In this document: positions 1 to 9,141 of the stretch, piece by piece
Numbering within the stretch: position 1 is the first letter of the stretch
Layout: each line of letters opens with the position of its first letter
IMG/VR virus record: IMGVR_UViG_3300021431_004525
Reading direction: 5' to 3' (one strand)
From: a virus
Taxonomy: Duplodnaviria > Caudoviricetes
Length of the DNA stretch: 64,000 bases
Notes under the pieces: model-generated
Told to the model about the DNA's origin: nothing
What the model saw: only the letters and a program-made list of their open reading frames with translations
Database searches by the model: none
Translations under genes and position numbers: made by a program

Positions 1-237
1 TTATTCTCCTATTCTTTTTGATAATGTTTTATATAATCCTTTTGACAATTCAGACATACTAATAATAACTGGTTGTACAGTAGGTCTTTGTCCATAAGAA
101 ATAGCTATTTCAGCTATTTTATGTCTTAAATGCACTATATTGATTTCCACAACGTCAATAAAACAGTCTCCGTATATTATTCCAGTAGGCTCATTGAATA
201 GATATGAAATATGAAGATAATATTTTCTTCTTAACAT
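1..237 (-). CDS. hypothetical phage protein
   Basis: ORF track; same strand as neighbours. Confidence 0.55.
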   Translation of the reverse strand: MLRRKYYLHISYLFNEPTGIIYGDCFIDVVEINIVHLRHKIAEIAISYGQRPTVQPVIISMSELSKGLYKTLSKRIGE

Positions 238-266
238 AAATAAGGGTTATTTTCTTGTGTTATAAT

Positions 267-830
267 TTATTCTCCTTTCTGTGCTTTAAGTCCAAGTTCA
301 AAGAAATGCTTGGCAACAAGTGCAATATCTTCATCATTAGGTTCTTCTTTCGTTCTGTTAGCAAAAAAACCTAATGTTTGTGAACCAAAGAAATTATCGC
401 TAATATACTTGTTGATTTCTTCCTCCAAGTTCACCTCTTTCGCTTCAAGAGTGTCATTTCTTAAAATCGCAAACTCTTTTTCTAACATTTCAACAGATGA
501 AAATTGCACATATATTGGATTACTACCATAATCGTAATAAACATCCCAAAAATCCATATTAAGGTCTCCATGATGCCACTTTTCACAGATATATACTTTT
601 CCCTTTTCCCAAGTTTCATCAAAAGGAGATATACATTTAACTTTAATAATTTTACTTCTATATGCAGGTTCTGGATTTTCATTTATCTCTTTCACTTCAA
701 AGGTGTCGAGGATGTCTTTTACGTCATTGTAAGCCCATACTCTTTGATGCCCATAGCAGTCTATTGGTGCTTCCATTATTCGTTTGTTTATCTCCTCCAC
801 TACAGCGGCTTTTGGTATGTACTGTTCCAT
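267..830 (-). CDS. hypothetical protein, family A (C-terminal AKHFFELGLKxQKGE)
   Basis: Shares KEVxLE...KHFFELGLK(A/V)QKGE tail with 988..1272. Confidence 0.75.
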   Translation of the reverse strand: MEQYIPKAAVVEEINKRIMEAPIDCYGHQRVWAYNDVKDILDTFEVKEINENPEPAYRSKIIKVKCISPFDETWEKGKVYICEKWHHGDLNMDFWDVYYDYGSNPIYVQFSSVEMLEKEFAILRNDTLEAKEVNLEEEINKYISDNFFGSQTLGFFANRTKEEPNDEDIALVAKHFFELGLKAQKGE

Positions 831-842
831 ATCTTTATTCTT

Positions 843-983
843 TTAAAAAAACGGGTCATAAGGGTGTGTAGGATAACCACTTTCTGTCATCTTATTACGT
901 TTATATTCTGGTAATGGGTTTTTTACATTATGTTTCTTACACCATTGTAAATATTCCTCTCTTGTATATAACTTATACTTCAT
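843..983 (-). CDS. small hypothetical protein (probable start MKYKLY)
   Basis: ORF 843..1037 trimmed to the ATG just after the stop of the upstream gene. Confidence 0.5.
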   Translation of the reverse strand: MKYKLYTREEYLQWCKKHNVKNPLPEYKRNKMTESGYPTHPYDPFF

Positions 984-987
984 ATTT

Positions 988-1272
988 CTATTCCCCTTTC
1001 TGCACTTTAAGTCCAAGTTCAAAGAAATGTTTTGCAAGGTCTAATTGACTACTCCTTTTGAGGTATTCACCAGAAGCATCTTTATCTCTTCTACCGTGAA
1101 AATGATTATGTCTCCATATATCTACTTCTTTCTCCAAGTCCACCTCTTTCAATTCAAGGGGGTCTATGTTAGATTTTAACCTATCAAGAATATTTCTTGT
1201 GTAAGTATCTATTTCTCCGTTATACAGTTTTTCTATCTCCGCCATTGTATCGGCTTTGTCTATTAGTTTCAT
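988..1272 (-). CDS. hypothetical protein, family A
   Basis: Paralog of 267..830. Confidence 0.75.
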   Translation of the reverse strand: MKLIDKADTMAEIEKLYNGEIDTYTRNILDRLKSNIDPLELKEVDLEKEVDIWRHNHFHGRRDKDASGEYLKRSSQLDLAKHFFELGLKVQKGE

Positions 1273-1283
1273 AATTATTACTT

Positions 1284-1490
1284 CTAATCATCAATTAAGT
1301 CAAGAAATTCACAACAAGAAGCTTCGCAACTAAAAGTAAGTGGGTCTAAATCATGTTCTTGTCTGTATATTGACAGTTCCTCTAACACTTCATGCGCAAG
1401 GTCTGCTGCTTTTCTAAGTACATCATCTACGTCAAGCCCGTCAAGTGTAACAATAGCAGATGCCGTGGTTGTAACTTTAAGACTTTTCAT
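1284..1490 (-). CDS. hypothetical protein
   Basis: Tightly packed ORF. Confidence 0.6.
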   Translation of the reverse strand: MKSLKVTTTASAIVTLDGLDVDDVLRKAADLAHEVLEELSIYRQEHDLDPLTFSCEASCCEFLDLIDD

Positions 1491-1494
1491 AATT

Positions 1495-2703
1495 CTATTC
1501 CTCCCTTAGTTTTTTTAGTTGTTCATATAGTGAATCAAGATGCCTTCTTTGGAATGACCTATTATTTATTACTGCCTCGATTACACCCATCTGCTCGTCA
1601 CTTGGCTTCCACTGTGACTGAGGCATTGTATTTCTCTTTTTTAAATACCATATTGCTGCACTCCAACCATCATCAAATGTAGGCTCGCCACTATGATATT
1701 CAATTTTGTCAAGGGCATCATTATAAGCATTCTTTTTTGCTTGAGCAAGTTCTTCATCAGTAATATTGTTCTGAGGCATAAGGGATTCGAGCCAATTATA
1801 TAGTTTTTCTTTCAGTGAATCCGTATATATAATAGAATCTATTATTTCAGACTTTTTTATTATATTCTTAAGTACCTTGATAGCATTCTTATCCTCTTCA
1901 CTCCAAACAGGGTTTTCACCTTTCTTAATAACTACCTTATCATCATCTATTTTAGCATAAAAACCTTTAGGGATATAACAAATGGATTCTTGCAATTCAC
2001 TGCCCCTAGCACCAAAGGGTATTCCTATTTCATCCTCAATCTTCTTTAACTCTTTCTTCTCAGCATCCCATTCATACCCAGCTTCACGCATTTTTTGGAA
2101 TAAGAGGTCACGCTGTTCTTTAGTTGCAGGCAAATAATATGTTGGATTAAGTCCACCGGACTCATACCAAAACTCATGCCAACCACTATTGTTTTTCATC
2201 ATTGAACAATAAACAAACATGCAGCCATGTTGAGTCATCGGGTCATGGTTATTGCTTTTGAATATAACGAACATGTCGCCATCAGTAAGCACATCACCAT
2301 CCTTTGCATCTTGGATGGTCCAAAGGCGAATATCTTCTTCAAAAGAAAAACCAATCCATCCGCCATAAGTTGTTTTATACCCTTCTTCTGTAATCTCTGC
2401 AATTTGCCTTGGCTCATTCTCTGTTGCTCTTCCGATAACCCACTCTCCTTCATGGAACTTTGGTTCAACTTTATCTACAGACTTCTGCCCACCTTGCTTT
2501 TCAAGCCAATCAGCCCATTCTGTTAAATTATTATCTTTAAGGTGGTCTATAATAGCACCTCTTATCATATCATCATAATCCTCACGCAATACCGGAAAGA
2601 TGGTTTCACACACAGTCCAATCTGCCGGTGCTGCAACACCATCACCGTTATTAATTTTACGGGCAGTTTCTAATGCCTCATTATATGCTTTTTCGTAATC
2701 CAT
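1495..2703 (-). CDS. modular hypothetical protein, family B
   Basis: MDYEK start; WLEKQG, LWTIQDAKDGDVL, PATKEQRD, WSEED and WKPS modules shared with 5629..6210 and 7331..8446. Confidence 0.8.
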   Translation of the reverse strand: MDYEKAYNEALETARKINNGDGVAAPADWTVCETIFPVLREDYDDMIRGAIIDHLKDNNLTEWADWLEKQGGQKSVDKVEPKFHEGEWVIGRATENEPRQIAEITEEGYKTTYGGWIGFSFEEDIRLWTIQDAKDGDVLTDGDMFVIFKSNNHDPMTQHGCMFVYCSMMKNNSGWHEFWYESGGLNPTYYLPATKEQRDLLFQKMREAGYEWDAEKKELKKIEDEIGIPFGARGSELQESICYIPKGFYAKIDDDKVVIKKGENPVWSEEDKNAIKVLKNIIKKSEIIDSIIYTDSLKEKLYNWLESLMPQNNITDEELAQAKKNAYNDALDKIEYHSGEPTFDDGWSAAIWYLKKRNTMPQSQWKPSDEQMGVIEAVINNRSFQRRHLDSLYEQLKKLREE

Positions 2704-2715
2704 AATTATTTTACT

Positions 2716-3132
2716 TTAAATTAAATTTTCAAAACAATATTTTATTGCTGTTTCACAAGTTTGTTCATAATTCCATTCTCCAGGGTAATTATCATCCTTA
2801 TAGATTCTCCATAAATCTAAAGAAGAAATTTCTGGTTGATATTTTCCAGGTTTCCAAATATTAAAACTATATAATTGATTTCCTTTATCCCAATTTAATT
2901 CTATATGAATATCATGAACTTCCCTCAACCACTTCATAGCCATCTGTAGAGTCGGTAACGCAATAAGGTTTGCTTCTTCATCTTCTATGTCAGAATTAGT
3001 CGTAGGCCAAGAAACTGGCATCACACCTTTACTTATTGTATTTACAACAAAGGAACATCCTTCATCAAATCCTTTCTCTTTCAATAATTTTGCTATCTCA
3101 AAGGAAACATAATCTTCTTTAATTTCTGCCAT
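2716..3132 (-). CDS. hypothetical protein, family C
   Basis: EDYVSFExAKLLKEKGF...PTLQMAMKWLRE...KYCxENLI. Confidence 0.8.
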   Translation of the reverse strand: MAEIKEDYVSFEIAKLLKEKGFDEGCSFVVNTISKGVMPVSWPTTNSDIEDEEANLIALPTLQMAMKWLREVHDIHIELNWDKGNQLYSFNIWKPGKYQPEISSLDLWRIYKDDNYPGEWNYEQTCETAIKYCFENLI

Positions 3133-3138
3133 AGTTAT

Positions 3139-3519
3139 TTAAATTAAATTTTCAAGACAATACTTTAATGCTGCATCAGCAGTTTCTTCATAAGTTGGAT
3201 AATCTTTTGATGTAATATATTCGTAATAATTATCTCCTTGCCATAATGATGCCACATAACTTGAATTTTTTTCATTAATATAATCGTACTTATGAGGTTC
3301 AATTACTATTACAATATTATGAACTCCCCTCAACCACTTCATAGCCATTTGAAGAGTTGGCATAGAAAAAGTATTTACTGAAGAGCAATTCCTATCTTTT
3401 AAGCCTTTTCTTTTTCCTATTCTTCCATCTGAAAAATAGTAATATAAACAAGGTTCATCAAACCCTTTATCTTTTAACAGTTTTGCTGTTTCAAAACTAA
3501 CGTAATCCTCGGTAATCAT
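3139..3519 (-). CDS. hypothetical protein, family C
   Basis: Tandem paralog of 2716..3132. Confidence 0.8.
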   Translation of the reverse strand: MITEDYVSFETAKLLKDKGFDEPCLYYYFSDGRIGKRKGLKDRNCSSVNTFSMPTLQMAMKWLRGVHNIVIVIEPHKYDYINEKNSSYVASLWQGDNYYEYITSKDYPTYEETADAALKYCLENLI

Positions 3520-3670
3520 TTCTTTTAATCTCTATAATTTTCATCATCATAAGAATTATAATATTCCCTTTCTTCCTCCTCTGGTACATAACAAGGATAA
3601 CCAATGCAAGGGTCAAAAGGACTGTTATTATCTATACAGTCAGTACCCAAATTCTTACATCCGTTCATCT

Positions 3671-4213
3671 CTATTGATATTCTTTATCTTGTATAATACC
3701 AAATTTATGAAAATATCTTAATGGTCTCCACTTGTGACCGTTTACATAAAATCCCCACTTATGCCTTGGTCTGCCCTCAAACATTAAAGTCCATGCACCA
3801 CCTTTAGGTATATCAAGATAATGTTGTTGTTCAGCCTTGGAAAACCATATTGACTTATTCATGTGTAAAAAATGTTTCCACGAATTAAATATACCCTCTA
3901 CATGGATTCTTCTCTCGTTTTTCCAATACAGCCTCTCCTTATAACCCTCATTTACATTAGCATTGGGGCCATAATTAGGTGCAATTGGAACAACATTATC
4001 GTACTTGCCTTTAAGGACAATACTTAATAAATCAGCACTATGGTCATGAAAGAACCTATTATCATCAGATTTAATCCAATGATGTATTCTTATAGAATAT
4101 CCAAAAAACAAAAATGTCCACCGTATCAAGTATGGATTATCCTCATAGCCTAACTTTTCAGCCCATCGGATTTGAAATCTCTTGAATTTGGCGACATTAC
4201 TACTACCTTTCAT
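3671..4213 (-). CDS. phage cupin-like protein
   Basis: RIHH..SDD.RFFHDH...SIVLKGKY...WTL...G...WGF pattern. Confidence 0.55.
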   Translation of the reverse strand: MKGSSNVAKFKRFQIRWAEKLGYEDNPYLIRWTFLFFGYSIRIHHWIKSDDNRFFHDHSADLLSIVLKGKYDNVVPIAPNYGPNANVNEGYKERLYWKNERRIHVEGIFNSWKHFLHMNKSIWFSKAEQQHYLDIPKGGAWTLMFEGRPRHKWGFYVNGHKWRPLRYFHKFGIIQDKEYQ

Positions 4214-4229
4214 ATGCTTGCATTTTTAG

Positions 4230-4432
4230 TCAAGAGGGAAGGATTCGAACCCCCAATTACCTTACCTCACATTCGGAACTACTTCAATGATACCTTGTCT
4301 AGAATATATTAATGTTTTGTTCCATCCTGAGAGTTCAGTGCTTTCACAGCCTCAATCATGTTTCATCAGAAATTAACCATCGTCATGGGTTTCCAAATCG
4401 ATTGCGTTCTACCACTTTGAACTATCCTCTCG
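4230..4432 (-). ncRNA. tRNA-like RNA with a large (~130 nt) insertion in place of a normal anticodon/variable region
   Basis: Minus strand: acceptor CGAGAGG/CCTCTTG, D-arm TAGTTCAAAGTGGTAGAAC, T-arm GGGGG-TTCGAAT-CCTTC; own promoter at 4441. Confidence 0.65.
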
Positions 4433-4440
4433 TTTTCGTT

Positions 4441-4474
4441 TGCAAATGTACTACAAATATTTTAAATTACCAAA
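4441..4474 (-). promoter_or_regulatory. Bacteroidota sigma-type promoter
   Basis: Minus strand TTTGG...TACATTTGCA. Confidence 0.75.
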
Positions 4475-4494
4475 CATTTTTTGCTAAAAATTGT

Positions 4495-4772
4495 TAAAAT
4501 ATTGATACTTTTTTAATATTTAATTATATTAATATATAAATTACGTTCACGACTGACCAACAAGGCACACCTTTTCGGCAAGGAGGTGAAAACAGTTTCT
4601 CCGGTTTACAGAGGTCGACATAGCCAAAAAAGGCAAACACCCGTTTCCGAATATTCTTCCAGTCAACGGAAGGCTTAGGTTCTTAAACGGCAGGGTTTCG
4701 TCAATAACCCAATTGTCTGCATCCCTTAATGGGAACGGACAAACCCCTACCCTTTAGGGAGGAGTAATTGAC
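4495..4772 (+). mobile_element. internally deleted derivative of the tnpB element (upstream region + omegaRNA + right end)
   Basis: Three blocks match ~54490-54547, 55448-55510 and 55615-55772; ends in a right-end hairpin + TAATTGAC. Confidence 0.9.
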
Positions 4773-4792
4773 ACTCAGTCAATATTTTTTCT
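4614..4792 (+). ncRNA. orphan TnpB omegaRNA (reRNA) scaffold + putative guide
   Basis: Near-identical to the 3' end of the tnpB element; guide would begin at 4773 (ACTCAGTCAATA...). Confidence 0.65.
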
Positions 4793-4836
4793 TCATACAC
4801 GTTAATAACTCTTTTTGAATTTATATTTAATCCAAA

Positions 4837-5625
4837 TTAACAGTATGACGGTTGACTCGTCTCGGATGCAATGCGTTTGTTGGCAATATCAACATATTCC
4901 TGTGATATTTCAAAGCCAATGTACTTACGGCCGAGCCGTAATGCCGCAATAGCCGTTGTGCCAGAACCCATAAAACAATCGAGCACGATGTCACCCTCAT
5001 TGCTCCAAGAACTTATGTGGTCAATAGCAAGTTGCTCAGGAAATATGGCAGGGTGTTTAAACGCTATTTTGTTAGACGCACAGTTACTTCCTACAGGATA
5101 ATACCAAATATTACCTCTTGCTGTAAATTCGTTTTTTGGAACATACATTTCGTAATGTGCCTCACCATTTCTGTTTGACTTACACGTCCTTGGTTGCATA
5201 TTCTTGACTTTTACGTCACGTATAGGGTTAAATGTCTTGCATTTGCCTTTGCTAAATACAAACATATATTCAAAATGCTGCCTGTATCGCATAGATGTTT
5301 TGTTCCATGTTGGTATTTCCTTGTGGTATATCATGGTGTCATGTAAGTTGAACCCTATTTCTTTAAAGTACAATGCTTGTCTGAAAGATGTACCACTTTC
5401 ACTACCTTTAATGGTAGAGTCACCAACCACCCATACGACAACGCCACCTTGCTTTGTTACTCGGTATAGTTCTTTGGCTACGTTCTCAAAGTCAAAAGAA
5501 TAGCCATTGTATTTACGCAGATTGTCATAAGGTGGTGACGTGACCGTCAAATCAATACATTCGTCATCAAGAAGCCTCATGCCTTCTACATTGTCTTGAC
5601 AATAAATCTTGTTTAGCTCTAACAT
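4837..5625 (-). CDS. N4-cytosine/N6-adenine DNA methyltransferase (beta-type order)
   Basis: TSPPY before HPAIFP and LDCFMGSGTT. Confidence 0.92.
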   Translation of the reverse strand: MLELNKIYCQDNVEGMRLLDDECIDLTVTSPPYDNLRKYNGYSFDFENVAKELYRVTKQGGVVVWVVGDSTIKGSESGTSFRQALYFKEIGFNLHDTMIYHKEIPTWNKTSMRYRQHFEYMFVFSKGKCKTFNPIRDVKVKNMQPRTCKSNRNGEAHYEMYVPKNEFTARGNIWYYPVGSNCASNKIAFKHPAIFPEQLAIDHISSWSNEGDIVLDCFMGSGTTAIAALRLGRKYIGFEISQEYVDIANKRIASETSQPSYC

Positions 5626-5628
5626 TTT

Positions 5629-6210
5629 TCAATCTTGCTTATGTATTATTTTGTTAAGCCAATCTTTTTGAGATTTTAGGGATTTGAGCCACTTAGAAGT
5701 AGAACTTTCACTTCCCCATTCTTTTTCAGCAGCAATAATAGCATTAGTCAAATGAATACAATCCTCTTCACTCCATTCTGATTTTGGCTGAAGACTGAAT
5801 CTTGCGGGGAGAGATTTGAGGAAATCCTCGTATTTTTTATATTTACTCCTATCCTCCATTTCGTCCAAAGGTTTTATGGACTTCATATGTACACCCCATA
5901 TTATATTGTTTAGTATTACCTTATCTTCCTCGCTCCACTCAGCAGGCTTCTGTCCACCTTGCTTTTCAAGCCAAGCAAGCATATCATTCCTTACTTTTGT
6001 TCCTCTATGATATTCGCTACAATAAATGTTTATAGCAGATACTATTTCTTTCCTTATCCTTTCATCTTCGCTCTCTTTGAGTTCGGGGAATAAAGATTCA
6101 ACACATTCTACGATATCCGGAATAGTTTGATTAACTTCAATTGTGTTCTTTGCTCTCTTAAGAGCCTCGTCATATCTTTGAGCTTTTTGTTCTATTGTAA
6201 GTTGTTTCAT
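5629..6210 (-). CDS. hypothetical protein, family B (short)
   Basis: FPELKESEDERIRK, WLEKQGGQK, WSEED. Confidence 0.8.
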   Translation of the reverse strand: MKQLTIEQKAQRYDEALKRAKNTIEVNQTIPDIVECVESLFPELKESEDERIRKEIVSAINIYCSEYHRGTKVRNDMLAWLEKQGGQKPAEWSEEDKVILNNIIWGVHMKSIKPLDEMEDRSKYKKYEDFLKSLPARFSLQPKSEWSEEDCIHLTNAIIAAEKEWGSESSTSKWLKSLKSQKDWLNKIIHKQD

Positions 6211-6212
6211 AA

Positions 6213-6410
6213 TCAGGTATCTTTATTTTTTAGTTTATTTAACTTTTTATACGCATCTTTTTTATTACTATAAGAACCAACTTTTTTCCATCTATTCCAC
6301 CAATGTTTTTTACATTCCAGTACATATAAGTCAGTTCCTCCCATATTTAGAAATGCAAAAGGCGTAAAGAATAACCAACTTGTATCGACATATCTTACCC
6401 TATATTTCAT
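6213..6410 (-). CDS. hypothetical protein
   Basis: Tightly packed ORF. Confidence 0.6.
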   Translation of the reverse strand: MKYRVRYVDTSWLFFTPFAFLNMGGTDLYVLECKKHWWNRWKKVGSYSNKKDAYKKLNKLKNKDT

Positions 6411-6412
6411 AG

Positions 6413-6805
6413 TTACAACATTTTAAGTTCATGTAATTTTTCAATCATAGCCACACAAGCATCAACTAAATTTTCATGCCGTTCAGTTGATAGATATATC
6501 TCCTTCCCCATACGTTTCATATATAATTCCACATAATAGTATGTTTTATACCCATCAGTTTGTTTATGCGTCTCAATTTCTAAAGGAAGAACATCAAGCA
6601 ATGCTGCAAGACTCCAACATCTAATGGCAGCATCTTTAATACCGTAACTCTCCATTCTTGCAAGATAATGAGGGTCTGGTTCTTCATACATCATTGCAAT
6701 ATGTTTACCTTGCGATGTAACATACAACCACCACATATCCGCACTTTCAAGTGGCAATATCTCTGCCAACTTCTTGCTTTGCGAAATATCCGTATAACTT
6801 TTCAT
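6413..6805 (-). CDS. hypothetical protein, family D
   Basis: KSYTD..QSKKLAEILPLESADM...CWSLAALL...VDACVAMIEKL. Confidence 0.8.
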   Translation of the reverse strand: MKSYTDISQSKKLAEILPLESADMWWLYVTSQGKHIAMMYEEPDPHYLARMESYGIKDAAIRCWSLAALLDVLPLEIETHKQTDGYKTYYYVELYMKRMGKEIYLSTERHENLVDACVAMIEKLHELKML

Positions 6806-7203
6806 AATTTATAAGGATTATTATCTTCCGTCACTTTAATAGCAAGACCCTTCTCAATCAATCCACGATAGTCAAGATGGTGTTTATTAAAAAAGTCTCC
6901 AAGTAAAGCCCCTCTTGTTAACTGGTACAAAGCATTTTCGTTTTGCGAAGCAAACATACTAGCAGCGGCAAAATTTCCTAGCTCTTTTCTTTCGTCCTCT
7001 GTCATACTTGATATTGGACGGAGATAGGGCTTAATAGTTGCTTTTTCTGCTTCCAACTCATTTATACACCAAGTATTTAGAGTTAAGTTATATCCATAAG
7101 TTTTATTATTTAATCCGTCTACATATTCATAAAATACTTTTACTTTATACGGCAACCTTGCACTGAGGTCTCTCAACAGTAGTTCTTTATCTTCCTTTTC
7201 CAT
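6802..7203 (-). CDS. hypothetical phage protein
   Basis: LLLRDLSARLPY...KPYLRPISSMTE...HHLDYRGLIEKGLA; 4-nt overlap with next gene. Confidence 0.75.
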   Translation of the reverse strand: MEKEDKELLLRDLSARLPYKVKVFYEYVDGLNNKTYGYNLTLNTWCINELEAEKATIKPYLRPISSMTEDERKELGNFAAASMFASQNENALYQLTRGALLGDFFNKHHLDYRGLIEKGLAIKVTEDNNPYKL

Positions 7204-7330
7204 ATCTACTTAATCTTCAATTTCGTTAGCAATATCCCGCAATACCTGTGCCCATTCAGTACCAGACATTTCAAAAGATAATTCGCTCCAACTCCCATCA
7301 ATCATATTTTGAATATACTCCTTAGCACGT

Positions 7331-8446
7331 TCATGTCTTATCCGTGTCATAGTTTAATTGTTTAAGTTGTTCTAACAATCCATGTAACTCTTCTGTGTAA
7401 GAGTCATAGGGTACACGATTTAATGCCCATTTTAAAGCCATTATCTGCTTTTCGGTTGGTTTCCAAGTGTATCTGTCTTTGAGGGACTTGAGGAAATTTG
7501 CACATCTTTTAGCATTGGTATCTTGAACCATGCAATTTTCGCAAAATACAATAAGTTGATTTATACAACACTCTTCGCTCCACTCATCAGAATCAATCTC
7601 CTTTAATTCTTTCTTGTCGAAGTCAAATTCATATCCTGCATCAGTCATTGCTTTCATTAGAGCATCACGCTGTTCTTTGGTGGCTGGTGAAAGTAATGTT
7701 AATCCCCATCCGCTTTCTTCTTTATCAATAAAACTATTTCTTACGATTCTACAATAACTAAGAACTCCAAAGTTTTCTGTACATTCTTTATATAGAAGTA
7801 TTCCACTTGTACCATCCTTAAAAGCAAGAACATCGCCATCCTTTGCATCTTGGATGGTCCAAAGCCGTGCAGTTGAAAGATTTCTTTCGTTAACAAGTTC
7901 TTTTTCAATTCCAAATACAGTTACAAGTTTGTTACAACCTTCCTCACGTTTTACAATTTGGCAAATATCATTATTATACACGACCCAATCACCCTCATGG
8001 AACTTTGACTCAGCCTTATCAGCGGGATTCTGCTCAACAGTGCAAGATGCATAAGTCTTAAAATCTTCCCACCAAGAATTTTTATCACAATCTGTAAGTT
8101 TATAACCTTTGTTGTTTTGTTCTTCAACCCTTTCTAATGCTTTAATAAACATTCGCTTTGCATTGATATCATCAAATTTCTCACCTTGCTTTTCAAGCCA
8201 AGCACGATATTTATCTATTCTTTTTTGATGGGTAGGCAAAATATTGCCTTCGCTATCTACTTCATCGTCATTTGGTACAATATATACAACTTGTTCGATG
8301 AGTTCTTTCCTTATCTTCTCATCCTCACTCTCTTTGAGTTCGGGACGTATTTCTTCAAGCACAGCCTTTGTGCTATCAGTTTGCGCGTACAAGTAAGCCT
8401 TATCTATCTTGCCTACAAGTTCTTTGTATTTCTTTTCGTAGTCCAT
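7331..8446 (-). CDS. modular hypothetical protein, family B
   Basis: Shares protein modules and DNA blocks with 1495..2703. Confidence 0.8.
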   Translation of the reverse strand: MDYEKKYKELVGKIDKAYLYAQTDSTKAVLEEIRPELKESEDEKIRKELIEQVVYIVPNDDEVDSEGNILPTHQKRIDKYRAWLEKQGEKFDDINAKRMFIKALERVEEQNNKGYKLTDCDKNSWWEDFKTYASCTVEQNPADKAESKFHEGDWVVYNNDICQIVKREEGCNKLVTVFGIEKELVNERNLSTARLWTIQDAKDGDVLAFKDGTSGILLYKECTENFGVLSYCRIVRNSFIDKEESGWGLTLLSPATKEQRDALMKAMTDAGYEFDFDKKELKEIDSDEWSEECCINQLIVFCENCMVQDTNAKRCANFLKSLKDRYTWKPTEKQIMALKWALNRVPYDSYTEELHGLLEQLKQLNYDTDKT

Positions 8447-8554
8447 AGTTATAACTTATATAAATTACTAAACATTAAACAATAATATCTTAATCTTACA
8501 AGTGGGGCAATTTTCCTTGCAACGCCAACTTTGTCTGCTATGTGAACACATTAT

Positions 8555-8743
8555 TTATCTCTTTTTAAGTTTACCAAACAGACTCATGTGATACAATATG
8601 CGGCACTTCCTACAATGATAATCATTGCCTGCTCTGTCAAGTTGAATACCACATTTAGGGCAATATTTTCTTCGGTCAAGAATGTAAATCCATACTACAA
8701 GAATTAATAGCGCAATGATTAAAATCAGTATCTCCATAATCAT
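8555..8743 (-). CDS. small membrane-anchored zinc-ribbon protein
   Basis: N-terminal hydrophobic helix; CPKC...CRKC. Confidence 0.6.
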   Translation of the reverse strand: MIMEILILIIALLILVVWIYILDRRKYCPKCGIQLDRAGNDYHCRKCRILYHMSLFGKLKKR

Positions 8744-9135
8744 ATTAGTTTAAGTTTATATAATTTTTCAATCATAGCCACGCAAGCATCAACAGGATAC
8801 TCCATTGTTATATATGGTAGTTCAGTATTCACTCCATACCCAACTTCATCATACCATAGAGAGAAGTATTTCTCGTCTATGTCAATTCTCAGAACATTAA
8901 AGCCTTTTATCTTTTTTGGGATAATTTTAAGCAATGCAGCAAGACTCCAACAAGGAATAATTTGATTACCGTAATCTTCTTGCATACTTTTTATTGTACT
9001 TCCTTGATTTGGAGATACTATAAATTCACCATCTAAAATAGTCCAAGTAGCATAATGCATATCTGCACTTTCAAGTGGCAGAATCTCTGCCAACTTCTTT
9101 GATTGAGGTAAGTCTGTATATGATTTTGTTGTCAT
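8740..9135 (-). CDS. hypothetical protein, family D
   Basis: Paralog of 6413..6805. Confidence 0.8.
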   Translation of the reverse strand: MTTKSYTDLPQSKKLAEILPLESADMHYATWTILDGEFIVSPNQGSTIKSMQEDYGNQIIPCWSLAALLKIIPKKIKGFNVLRIDIDEKYFSLWYDEVGYGVNTELPYITMEYPVDACVAMIEKLYKLKLI

Positions 9136-9141
9136 AGTTAT

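Noticed and set aside
4335-4372. Hammerhead ribozyme inside the tRNA-like RNA (CTGATGA...GAAA on the minus strand)
   Set aside because: Stems II and III could not be formed convincingly.
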